Positions 16,371 through 24,267 of a stretch of DNA of 32,917 nt are shown piece by piece. Source of the DNA: Thermoanaerobaculia bacterium (GTDB lineage Bacteria; Bacteroidota; Bacteroidia; Chitinophagales; Saprospiraceae); assembly GCA_023151335.1 (NCBI GenBank), contig JAKLJF010000001.1:1-32917 (forward strand). The letters run 5' to 3'. Positions within the stretch are counted from its first letter, which is position 1. Each line of letters begins with the position of its first letter. The position numbers and the translations under genes were made by a program. The notes beneath the pieces are model-generated. The model was not told where the DNA came from. It worked only from the letters and a program-made list of their open reading frames with translations, and searched no databases.

Positions 16371-16810
16371 GTGCGGCTGAAGTTCGTTTTTTTAAGAATC
16401 TTGCGCACATGAGTATGTGACAGATGTTCTACATAGCCTAACTCGACAGCCTTATCGGATAACAGGCGGATCGTCCAACGAGCATGACCCGCAGGGGCTT
16501 GACTGCAAGCCAATGCCGTTATTTTTGCCCGTTGTTCTCCACTGATTACGATCGGACGGCCCGAACGCGCTTTATCCTCCAAACCCTTTAATCCCAACTC
16601 TTGATAGTTCTCTTTCCAGCGTGTAACTGTTTGATAAGTAACTCCCAGCAAGTTGCCAATCTCGCTTACTGTTTTACCTTCAGCCAGATACAAAAGTCCT
16701 TGGGCTCGCTTAAAAATCTTGACTTTCAAAGAACCTTTACTCAGCAGACCTTTTAAATATTCACGATCTGTTGCACTGAGATTGAACCGTTTTTTCATGT
16801 TCCTTTCCAT
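16367..16810 (-). CDS. IS630 transposase, N-terminal HTH DNA-binding part (orfA)
   Basis: Helix-turn-helix / winged-helix segments: SVSEIGNLLGVTYQTVTRWKENYQ and RWTIRLLSDKAV. The first ATG is at 16810 (the track start at 16828 is a TTG); another ATG at 16798 is also possible. It ends ...KILKKTNFSRT*. Confidence 0.75.
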   Translation of the reverse strand: MERNMKKRFNLSATDREYLKGLLSKGSLKVKIFKRAQGLLYLAEGKTVSEIGNLLGVTYQTVTRWKENYQELGLKGLEDKARSGRPIVISGEQRAKITALACSQAPAGHARWTIRLLSDKAVELGYVEHLSHTHVRKILKKTNFSRT

Positions 16811-16855
16811 TTTTTCGGAAAGATACAAACGTCTTAAAACTTAGATTCCAGTGTA

Positions 16856-16892
16856 GTAAGTCGTAAGTCGTAAGTCGTAAGTTGAAAGTCAC
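16856..16892. repeat. right part of the tandem heptanucleotide array (AAGTCGT)n
   Basis: GT completes the interrupted unit, followed by AAGTCGT x3, AAGTTGA and AAGTCAC. The last unit contains the tadA stop codon (TCA on plus, 16889-16891). Confidence 0.85.
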
Positions 16893-17338
16893 TCCCTTTT
16901 CCCCCGGAAAAACGCTTTCATCAGCAGGGCGCAGTCGTTTTCCAGAATGCCCATTTCCAGTTTTGTCTTGGGGTGCAGCAGGGTTTTGCCGCCGTAGAGC
17001 ATGAACCCGCGTTTGTCGTCGGAAGCGCCGTATACCACGCGCCCGATTTGCGCCCAGGCCAGCGCGCCGGCGCACATGACGCAGGGTTCCAGCGTGACGA
17101 ACAGGGTGCAATCGGTCAGGTATTTGCTGCCCAGGTGGCCCGACGCTGCCGTGAGGGCCAGTATTTCGGCGTGGGCCGTCACGTCGGTCAGTTGTTCGGT
17201 TTGGTTATGCGCCCGGGCGATGATGCGGTTGTCGCACACGATAACAGCGCCCACGGGTACCTCGCCGGCTTCGTAGGCTTTTTGCGCCTCGGCCAGGGCT
17301 TGTTGCATGAAGTATGTGTCGGAATAAACGGAGAGCAT
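16889..17338 (-). CDS. tadA: tRNA adenosine(34) deaminase
   Basis: The start was moved to the ATG at 17338 (MLSVYSDTYFMQQALAEAQKA). CDA zinc motifs are HAEILAL and PCVMCAGAL. Size and sequence are typical of TadA. Confidence 0.9.
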   Translation of the reverse strand: MLSVYSDTYFMQQALAEAQKAYEAGEVPVGAVIVCDNRIIARAHNQTEQLTDVTAHAEILALTAASGHLGSKYLTDCTLFVTLEPCVMCAGALAWAQIGRVVYGASDDKRGFMLYGGKTLLHPKTKLEMGILENDCALLMKAFFRGKRE

Positions 17339-17414
17339 GATGGGGCAAAGGTCTGTATTCAGACCGGGAGGCTGTATCACAAGTAGACATGAATATTTGA
17401 ACACAAAGGTTATG

Positions 17415-17512
17415 TTAACACATAGGCACATAGTATTCGCTCTATGTGACCTATGTGCCTATGTGTTAAAACAAAAATCTGCCATATTTTTTAAAAACGA
17501 CTTATGAGTCTC
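17415..17512 (+). repeat. copy 1 of a ~100-bp repeat with a palindromic core (inverted relative to copy 2 at 24055-24166)
   Basis: The core TTAACACATAGGCACATAG (17415-17433) pairs perfectly with CTATGTGCCTATGTGTTAA (17451-17469). A conserved flank follows: AACAAAAATCTGCCATATTTTTTAAAAACGACTTATGAGTCTC. Confidence 0.8.
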
Positions 17513-17528
17513 TTTGATCTCTAACCGC

Positions 17529-20500
17529 TCACCGCAGCAACACCAGCGTCTTCACGTACCGCTCTCCGTTATATTCCACCATGATCCTGTACACGCCGGC
17601 CGGCAAATCCTTTTGTTCCCGCAAATGCAGCCGCATGGCCATTTCCGGCGCCTTCGGCAACTTTTGTTCCCATACCAATACCCCCACGTTGTTGTAAACC
17701 GCCAGCCGCACGGCGGCGCCGGCAAAGGCCGAAAGATCGAGGTACAGCTCCCCGCTGCTGGGGTTGGGCATGATCCGGAAATCCTTCGGCGGCTCATCCG
17801 GATGCCCGCCCGTTGCGCCGGCGCGGTCCTCAGGGTCGGGTGAAAAGCCGGGTAACACGGTGATCAACTGCGTATGCGTGGCCGTGTTGCCGCAACCGTC
17901 GTCGGCTGTCCAGGTACGGGTGATCGTGTAGCCGCTGCCGCAATCGCCCGGCGACTGGTTTTGACCCAAATAGTTGACAGTGGCAGTACCGCAGTTATCC
18001 TGTGCCGTCACGACGGGCGCCGACGGGATATCCGGGCAGTAAACGGTGACGTTGGCCGGCGGATTCACAAACGCGGGCGCCGCGTTATCCTGCACGGTGA
18101 TCGTCTGGCTGGCCGTCACGGAATTGCCGCACTCGTCCTGCGCCCGCCAGGTACGCGTGAGGACGTATTCCTGCGGGCAGTCGCCGCCGGTATTGGACTG
18201 GCCGAGAAAGGTGATCTGCACGTAGCCGGCGCACGCGTCGGTCGCAGTGGCATTGCCGACAAATGGAACCGGGTCGGTGCATTGGATAGTCACGTTGGCA
18301 GGCACACTCGTAAATACCGGCGCCTGTGTATCCTGCACCGTAATGACCTGTGCGGCCGTCGTCGAATTGCCGCAGTTATCGGTGGCCCTCCAGATACGGG
18401 TGATCTGGTAATTGTTGGGGCAGTTGCTGTACGTGGAATTTTGCCCCAGGTAGGTAACGGTTACCGAGGCATCGCAGTTATCGGTGGCCGCGGCGGATCC
18501 GACGTTTGGCGCCGGGTCGGTGCATTGGATCGTTACGTTTTGCGGAACGGTGGTAAACACCGGCTTTTGCGTATCGCGCACGGTAATGCGTTGGGTAGCC
18601 GTGCGGGTGTTGCCGCAGTTGTCGGTAGCTCTCCAGCGGCGTGTAAGGGTATATGAATCGGTACAAACGCCATTGGTACGGGTTTCACCCTCATAAGCGA
18701 TACTCACCGAGCTGTCGCAATTGTCAGTGGCCGTCGCGTTACCTGCCGACGGCACGGCATTACATTCGACGGTAACGTTGGGCGGCACCGAGGTAAAAAG
18801 AGGCCGTTGCGTGTCGCGCACGGTAATGCGCTGGGTAGCGGTTTTCGTATTACCGCAGGCGTCGGTGGCCGTCCACTGCCGGGTAAGGGTATAAGAATCG
18901 GTACAAATGATGTTGGACACCGTTTGGCCGTCGTACACCACCGTCACATCGCCGGCGCAGTTATCCACACCGGAAGGCAATGGAGCCACCTGTGGGATGG
19001 CGTTGCACTCCACGGTGACATTGGCCGGCACGAACAAAAGATTGGGCGGGACGGCGTCGTGCACGGTGATGCGCTGGGAGCAGGAACTGGTATTCCCCGC
19101 GGCATCGGTAGCCTGGTAGAAGCGGTCGATCTTCAAGCGGTTCAAGCACACGGCATCGAAGGGCGGAGAATCGTATAAAAACGCCTTCACCGGCGTGCCG
19201 CAATTGTCGGAAGCAATCACCAGGTTGATGTCGGCGGCCGGCAAATCGCCCGCGCAGTCTACGGCGACTGGGTTCGGGCAGGTAATGGAGGGCGGGGTAA
19301 GGTCTTTGAGGATTACTTTAAACGTGCAGGATGCCGTATTCCCATGGCCGTCATTTGCGGTGAGGGTAAGGGTTTCTTCGTCGTTGTGGCCCGACAAAAC
19401 AGTGCCGGCATCCGGCATCTGGGTGATGGCAATGGACGGCGCCGCGGCGCAATTATCCAGCACACCGGCCAACCCTGTACGGTCGCCTATCGTGCCGGAA
19501 CAGGCGGCATCGGCCGGCACCGTCTGGTTGGGCGGACAGGCGATGGAGGGTGGGGTGACGTCTTTGAGGATCACCCGGAACGTACAGGAAGTAGCATTGC
19601 CATACCCGTCGTTGGCGGTAAGCGTAACGGTCTCCTCGTCATTATGGCCCGTCAACGCCGTATTCGGAGCCGGCATTTGCGTTACCTGGATGGAAGCTGC
19701 AGCGGTGCAGTTATCTGAAAGACCCGTAGCCGCGCTCGCCCAGTTACCCACTAATGCGCTGCAATTGGCATCGGCCGCAACAGTTTTATCGGAGGGGCAG
19801 ATAATGGCCGGCAGGGTAATGTCTTTCAAAACAACCTTAAAGGAGCAGGACGTGGTATTGCCGGTGCCGTCGTCGGCCGTGAGGGTGACGGTTTCCTCGT
19901 CGTTGTGGCCGGATAAAAGCGTGCCGGCAGCGGGTATTTGGGTCAGGAGGATATTTCCGGGCGCGGTGCAATCGTCCGTCACATTGGCGGCCAAAGCGGT
20001 CCAGCTACCGAGCTGAGCCGTGCAGGCAGGGCCGGCGGCGAGCGTTTGCTCCGGCGGGCAGGTAATGGAGGGCGGGTTGTTGGCGCTGAGCGACACGGCA
20101 ACGGTGCCCGTACCGCTACAGCCCAGGTTATCGGTGACCGTGACGGTATAAGTGCCGGCCGATTGTGCAGTGGCAGCGAAGGCAGCCGGGTATTCGCCGG
20201 AAGCCGTGAAACCATTGGGCCCGGCCCAGGAGAAGGCGGTATAGACCCCGATGCTGCCCGACGGTCCGGCGCTCAGGTGAATATCCGATCCCAGGCAAAT
20301 GGGGGTATTGGTGGTGGGAGTGGCTTTTGGGGCGCTCACCTGCACACTTACGGAACTGGTACCGGAACAACCCTTGTTATCGGTCACCGTCACGGTGTAG
20401 TACCCGGCAGCGGCAGCCGAAGCGGGGAAAGCAGGCGGATTTTGCTGCAGGGAGGCATAATTATCCGGCCCCGACCATTTGAACTGGGAATAAACACCCG

Positions 20501-23500
20501 ACCCAGCTGAAGGCAGGGAAGTGAGCAAAATATTGGCACCGGCACAGCGCGGACCATTGCCGGAAGCCACCACCGCCGGCGCAGCATTGCCTGACACGGC
20601 TACGCTGGCAAAAGCCGTGGCCGTGCAACCGGTGTTGTCGGTGACCGTGACGTGGTAGATACCCGACCTGGACAACGTGGCGGGGAACCCCGTAGGCGCC
20701 ATTTGATTGGCCGTGTAGGCGTCTGGCCCAGTCCAGTTATAAGTGCTGTACACACCGGAGCCGCCCGAGGCGGTGGCCTTCAGGTCAATATTTGCACCGA
20801 GACACACCGGGCTGTTGCTGCCGGCTGTCAGGTTTGGCTTTGCGTTGACTACCACCGGAGTAGCGGCGGTGGCAGTGCAGCCCTTGTTGTCGGTCACTTC
20901 CACCTGGTACACACCGGCAGAGGCCGATGTAGCCGTGAATGGCGCAGGGGCGCCGGTCGAGGCTACATAGCTGTCGGAGCCACTCCACTGGATAAGGGAA
21001 TAGATGCCGGAACCGCCGGAGACCGTGGAAGATAAAATCACGTCGTTGCCCTCGCACACCGGGCTGTTGCTCGTGGCGCTGATGACGGGCAGGGGGTTGA
21101 TCACTACGACAACGCTGCCGGTTGCCGTGCAGCCGGCAGCGTCGGTGACGGTCACGGTGTATACGCCGGCAGCCGCGGGCGCGGCGGGAAAAGCGGACGG
21201 GTTTTGCACCTGTGCCGTAAAAGTATCGGGCCCGGCCCACTGAAAAGCGCTATACTGGCCGGAACCGCCGGAGGGCGTGGCGCCCAGCGTGATGTTGCCG
21301 CCCGCACAAACCGGGGCAAGCAGACCGGCTGTTACCACCGGTAAACCATTGACCGACACGGCCACTGTGCCGGTAGCGGTACAGCCGCCCGCATCCGTGA
21401 CGGTAACGGTATAAGCGCCGGCAGCGGCCAGGGTGGCGACCAGCGGGGCGGGATCTTCAGTATTCGCAGAGAATCCGTTGGGCCCTGCCCACGTAAAAGT
21501 ATATCCCGGCCCGGAACCGCCGGATGGCGTGGCGCCCAGCGTGATGATGGCGCCCGTGCACAGGGGACTGTTGCTGTCAGCGACGACGCCGGGCAAGGGC
21601 TTCACCTGTACGGCAGTGGTGGCCGAAGCAGTGCAGCCCGCGTTATCGGTGACCGTGATGGTGTAAGTACCCGTGGCAGCAGCCGATGCTGTAAAAGCGG
21701 GCGGTATAGCCAGGTTGGCCACATATCCATTGGGCCCGGCCCACTTGTAGACCGTGTACATACCGGAACCACCGGAGGCCGTGGCGGCAAGGCTGAGACT
21801 GGCGCCTGCGCACAGGGGGCCATTGTTCATGGCTGTAATAGCAGGGGCGGAATTCCCCGACACGGTGATGGTGGTGGAGGCTGTAGCCGTGCATCCGCCC
21901 GCATCGGTGACCGTCACGGTGTACACGCCTGACGCGGCGGGAATGGCCGGGAAAGGCGCAGGGTCTTCTACCGTCGCACCGAAGCCGTTGGGGCCCGTCC
22001 AGGCAAAGCCGGCGTACATACCCGAACCGCCCGACGGCGTCGACTTCAGGGCGATATCGGAACCGGCGCAAACAGGGGCGCCACTGCCGGAGGCCGCAAT
22101 GGCAGGTTGGCCGCTCACAATGATGGAAGCGCTCGCCGTACAGGCAAGATCGTTGGTGACGGTTACGGTATACACACCGTCGGCGCCGACCGTGATGGAA
22201 GCATTCGTGCTGCCGGTGCTCCACAGGAAAATGCTGCCGCCGGAGGCCTGCAACTGGGCGTTCCCGGTGCGGCAAAGGGCCGGGGCCCCGCCGTTGATGA
22301 ACGCCTGGAAGGGTTCAGTTACCTGATCTTTGACGGTGATGGCAAGCATTATTTCATCGGTGAGGTTCAGGGAGTTCGTTACCCGGATGTTTACCTCGTA
22401 GATGTTGTCGGCATTGGCGTCGGCCGGGTTCTCGAAATCGGGACTGAAATTGAACCAGCTGAGTCGACCGTTGACCGGATTTACGGCAAACCGGGTCTCG
22501 TCGGCGCCGCCGGCGAGGGAAAAAGTGAGGCCGTTGCCTTCCGATTCGTTGGGATCGGTAGCCTGAGCATCGTAGAGGAGGGAGCAGGCGTTTTCGGTAA
22601 AGTTCACCGCTGGAGGCGAGGTGATCGCGGGCCGGTTGTCCGCCACAATGCTGAACAGCGCCTGAGCCGTATCGCGGCGGGCAGCAGGAAACCGGCAGTC
22701 TTTTACGATAAAATCAACCGGGAAATCGCCCAGCCAGTCGGGATCGGCAATGGTTACCTGTACCGCGCCGTCGGCGGCAAGGGCGGGCACGAGGGGCGCG
22801 AATTGTATGGGGTATGGCCCCGCGGGCGTCCCCGCGGCAGCGCCGGGACTGAACTGCAGGGTAGTGGTTTTTTCATATAAATACTGGTTTGGGGCATGGT
22901 AAAAACGGAACGTGACGGGGCCAGCCGCGAGGTTTTGCAGGCTCAGGGAATAATAAACGAAGGGCGGCGTACCGGAAGGAGAAGCCGTTCCGACGAGCGT
23001 ATTGTTGACAAAAGCGGCCAGTTTGGCGCCGGGGCCGGCGAGGGGCACGTCGGCGAAAAGCGGCCGGGCCACTATGCTCATCGGCTGCGGGCCCGGAGGG
23101 ACGGCAGGCCAGGCAGGGTCGGGGGTATTGCCGGCGTAAGGAAATACGCGGAACTCGAAAGCGCGGCAGCCCCCGTTGAACTGGAGGTAATCGTCCAGAT
23201 CGAAACTGGTAAAGTTATCGCCGGGGAAGATCGTCTGTGGTGGTATGGGTTGCAAAACCGGCGGGCCGTAGTCGGGCAGCACGGTGAACTGCGCCGTTCG
23301 CATGGCGATGTATTGATTGGGGGTTTGCTCGGTGGCCTTGATCTGGACGGATTCCGTGCCCGTCCAGGCGGGAGAAACGGGGGTGACCGTCAGCACTCCG
23401 TTGTTGATGCTGGCCGAGAGGTTAGGGCCTGCCACGACGCTCCAGGTCACGGGATCACCGTCGAGGCTGAGCAGGTAATCGTCGAGGTTAACTGGATCGA

Positions 23501-24020
23501 AGGGAAGCGTTTGCAGGGTGGTATCCGGCGGGATGGGCAATATCTCCTGGGCGAAATCAATATTCGGGTTTATATCTACCCAAAAAGGCAGGAAGATGGA
23601 ACCCGTGGAACCATGGTGCAGAAAAGGTACGGACACCTGGGTGGCGTATACCTTGTCATCGGCGGCGTAATAAGCCCGGAAACGAAGCATCTCACCGGTG
23701 TATTGATTGGCGTAAACGGTAACGAAATAGTACATCTGTCCGCCAAAATTGGTGGGTGTGGCTACGCCCCGCAGTTCCGGGCCCACGAAAACGCCCAGTA
23801 CATTGTTGGCGTCGTTCGAGGGAACGGCGTTATACCTGATCCGGATGACCATATTCATATTGAACTGGTAATCAGCAGGATTAAGCGTCCAGTTGGGAGG
23901 GGACCAAAGTGCCGGATCAGCGCCGGCAGTTGCAGGGGCCAGCAACAGCAGCCAACAGGAGGCCAGCAACAGGCGGGTATATGTTTGCAAAAAAATCAGG
24001 TAAGGCAGTTGTACTGTCAT
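17529..24020 (-). CDS. giant T9SS-secreted adhesin-like protein (2163 aa). Domain order: two uncharacterised N-terminal modules, cadherin-like domain, about 9 Ig/PKD-like repeats, 3 HYR repeats, about 7 HYR-like DNCG repeats, Por C-terminal domain
   Basis: - The start was moved to the ATG at 24020 (MTVQLPYLIFLQTYTRLLLASCWLLLLAPATAGA).
- Cadherin-like: FSLAGGADETRFAVNPVNGRLSW.
- Ig repeats: C.G..I.L.A..SGGSG.Y..F.W.GPNGF.......P..F.......G.YTVTVTD..GCTAT.
- HYR: PPSITCP....GHNDEETVTLTA.DG.GN..SC.F.V.LKD.
- HYR-like: V.C......ATDNC......Y.G........YTLTR.W.ATD.CGN...A.Q.ITV.D...P.
- CTD: FRIMPNPSSGELYLDL...VYNNVGVLV. Confidence 0.9.
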   Translation of the reverse strand: MTVQLPYLIFLQTYTRLLLASCWLLLLAPATAGADPALWSPPNWTLNPADYQFNMNMVIRIRYNAVPSNDANNVLGVFVGPELRGVATPTNFGGQMYYFVTVYANQYTGEMLRFRAYYAADDKVYATQVSVPFLHHGSTGSIFLPFWVDINPNIDFAQEILPIPPDTTLQTLPFDPVNLDDYLLSLDGDPVTWSVVAGPNLSASINNGVLTVTPVSPAWTGTESVQIKATEQTPNQYIAMRTAQFTVLPDYGPPVLQPIPPQTIFPGDNFTSFDLDDYLQFNGGCRAFEFRVFPYAGNTPDPAWPAVPPGPQPMSIVARPLFADVPLAGPGAKLAAFVNNTLVGTASPSGTPPFVYYSLSLQNLAAGPVTFRFYHAPNQYLYEKTTTLQFSPGAAAGTPAGPYPIQFAPLVPALAADGAVQVTIADPDWLGDFPVDFIVKDCRFPAARRDTAQALFSIVADNRPAITSPPAVNFTENACSLLYDAQATDPNESEGNGLTFSLAGGADETRFAVNPVNGRLSWFNFSPDFENPADANADNIYEVNIRVTNSLNLTDEIMLAITVKDQVTEPFQAFINGGAPALCRTGNAQLQASGGSIFLWSTGSTNASITVGADGVYTVTVTNDLACTASASIIVSGQPAIAASGSGAPVCAGSDIALKSTPSGGSGMYAGFAWTGPNGFGATVEDPAPFPAIPAASGVYTVTVTDAGGCTATASTTITVSGNSAPAITAMNNGPLCAGASLSLAATASGGSGMYTVYKWAGPNGYVANLAIPPAFTASAAATGTYTITVTDNAGCTASATTAVQVKPLPGVVADSNSPLCTGAIITLGATPSGGSGPGYTFTWAGPNGFSANTEDPAPLVATLAAAGAYTVTVTDAGGCTATGTVAVSVNGLPVVTAGLLAPVCAGGNITLGATPSGGSGQYSAFQWAGPDTFTAQVQNPSAFPAAPAAAGVYTVTVTDAAGCTATGSVVVVINPLPVISATSNSPVCEGNDVILSSTVSGGSGIYSLIQWSGSDSYVASTGAPAPFTATSASAGVYQVEVTDNKGCTATAATPVVVNAKPNLTAGSNSPVCLGANIDLKATASGGSGVYSTYNWTGPDAYTANQMAPTGFPATLSRSGIYHVTVTDNTGCTATAFASVAVSGNAAPAVVASGNGPRCAGANILLTSLPSAGSGVYSQFKWSGPDNYASLQQNPPAFPASAAAAGYYTVTVTDNKGCSGTSSVSVQVSAPKATPTTNTPICLGSDIHLSAGPSGSIGVYTAFSWAGPNGFTASGEYPAAFAATAQSAGTYTVTVTDNLGCSGTGTVAVSLSANNPPSITCPPEQTLAAGPACTAQLGSWTALAANVTDDCTAPGNILLTQIPAAGTLLSGHNDEETVTLTADDGTGNTTSCSFKVVLKDITLPAIICPSDKTVAADANCSALVGNWASAATGLSDNCTAAASIQVTQMPAPNTALTGHNDEETVTLTANDGYGNATSCTFRVILKDVTPPSIACPPNQTVPADAACSGTIGDRTGLAGVLDNCAAAPSIAITQMPDAGTVLSGHNDEETLTLTANDGHGNTASCTFKVILKDLTPPSITCPNPVAVDCAGDLPAADINLVIASDNCGTPVKAFLYDSPPFDAVCLNRLKIDRFYQATDAAGNTSSCSQRITVHDAVPPNLLFVPANVTVECNAIPQVAPLPSGVDNCAGDVTVVYDGQTVSNIICTDSYTLTRQWTATDACGNTKTATQRITVRDTQRPLFTSVPPNVTVECNAVPSAGNATATDNCDSSVSIAYEGETRTNGVCTDSYTLTRRWRATDNCGNTRTATQRITVRDTQKPVFTTVPQNVTIQCTDPAPNVGSAAATDNCDASVTVTYLGQNSTYSNCPNNYQITRIWRATDNCGNSTTAAQVITVQDTQAPVFTSVPANVTIQCTDPVPFVGNATATDACAGYVQITFLGQSNTGGDCPQEYVLTRTWRAQDECGNSVTASQTITVQDNAAPAFVNPPANVTVYCPDIPSAPVVTAQDNCGTATVNYLGQNQSPGDCGSGYTITRTWTADDGCGNTATHTQLITVLPGFSPDPEDRAGATGGHPDEPPKDFRIMPNPSSGELYLDLSAFAGAAVRLAVYNNVGVLVWEQKLPKAPEMAMRLHLREQKDLPAGVYRIMVEYNGERYVKTLVLLR
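20085..22300 (-). repeat. about 9 tandem ~79-aa Ig/PKD-like coding repeats inside the adhesin gene
   Basis: Recurrent protein motif SGGSG.Y....W.GP......P..F.......G.YTVTVTD..GC. Recurrent nucleotide blocks such as GTGACCGTCACGGTGTA are seen on the plus strand. Confidence 0.8.
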
Positions 24021-24054
24021 GGGTCTATGTTGGCGGGTTGCCTGTGCGGTCACC

Positions 24055-24166
24055 GAGACTGTATCATAATTCGCTTTTTGAAAAACATGACAGATTTTTA
24101 TTTTAACACATAGGCAGATAGGGCACATAGAGCGAATACTATGTGGTCTATGTGCCTATGTGTTAA
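24055..24166 (-). repeat. copy 2 of the ~100-bp repeat with a palindromic core (inverted relative to copy 1)
   Basis: The minus strand reads TTAACACATAGGCACATAG-ACCACATAG-TATTCGCTCTATGTGCCCTATCTGCCTATGTGTTAAAATAAAAATCTGTCATGTTTTTCAAAAAGCGAATTATGATACAGTCTC. This aligns with copy 1 on the plus strand at roughly nine-tenths identity by eye, with a 9-nt indel. Confidence 0.8.
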
Positions 24167-24267
24167 AATAATTTTGTGTCCAAATTTTCGCGTTTATTTA
24201 TGATACAGCCTCTGTACCGTGCGGCTTGTACCCATTTTTTATAAAAATCGTTGATAAGGCCGGCAAC

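Larger units (their letters stand above)
15661..16855 (-). mobile_element. IS630-family insertion sequence with TA target-site duplication
   Basis: The ends are TA-CACTGGAATCTAAGTTTT at 15661-15680 and AAAACTTAGATTCCAGTG-TA at 16836-16855: perfect 18-bp terminal inverted repeats, each flanked by TA. The element is about 1.19 kb, visibly lower in G+C than its surroundings, and carries two overlapping transposase ORFs. Confidence 0.85.
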
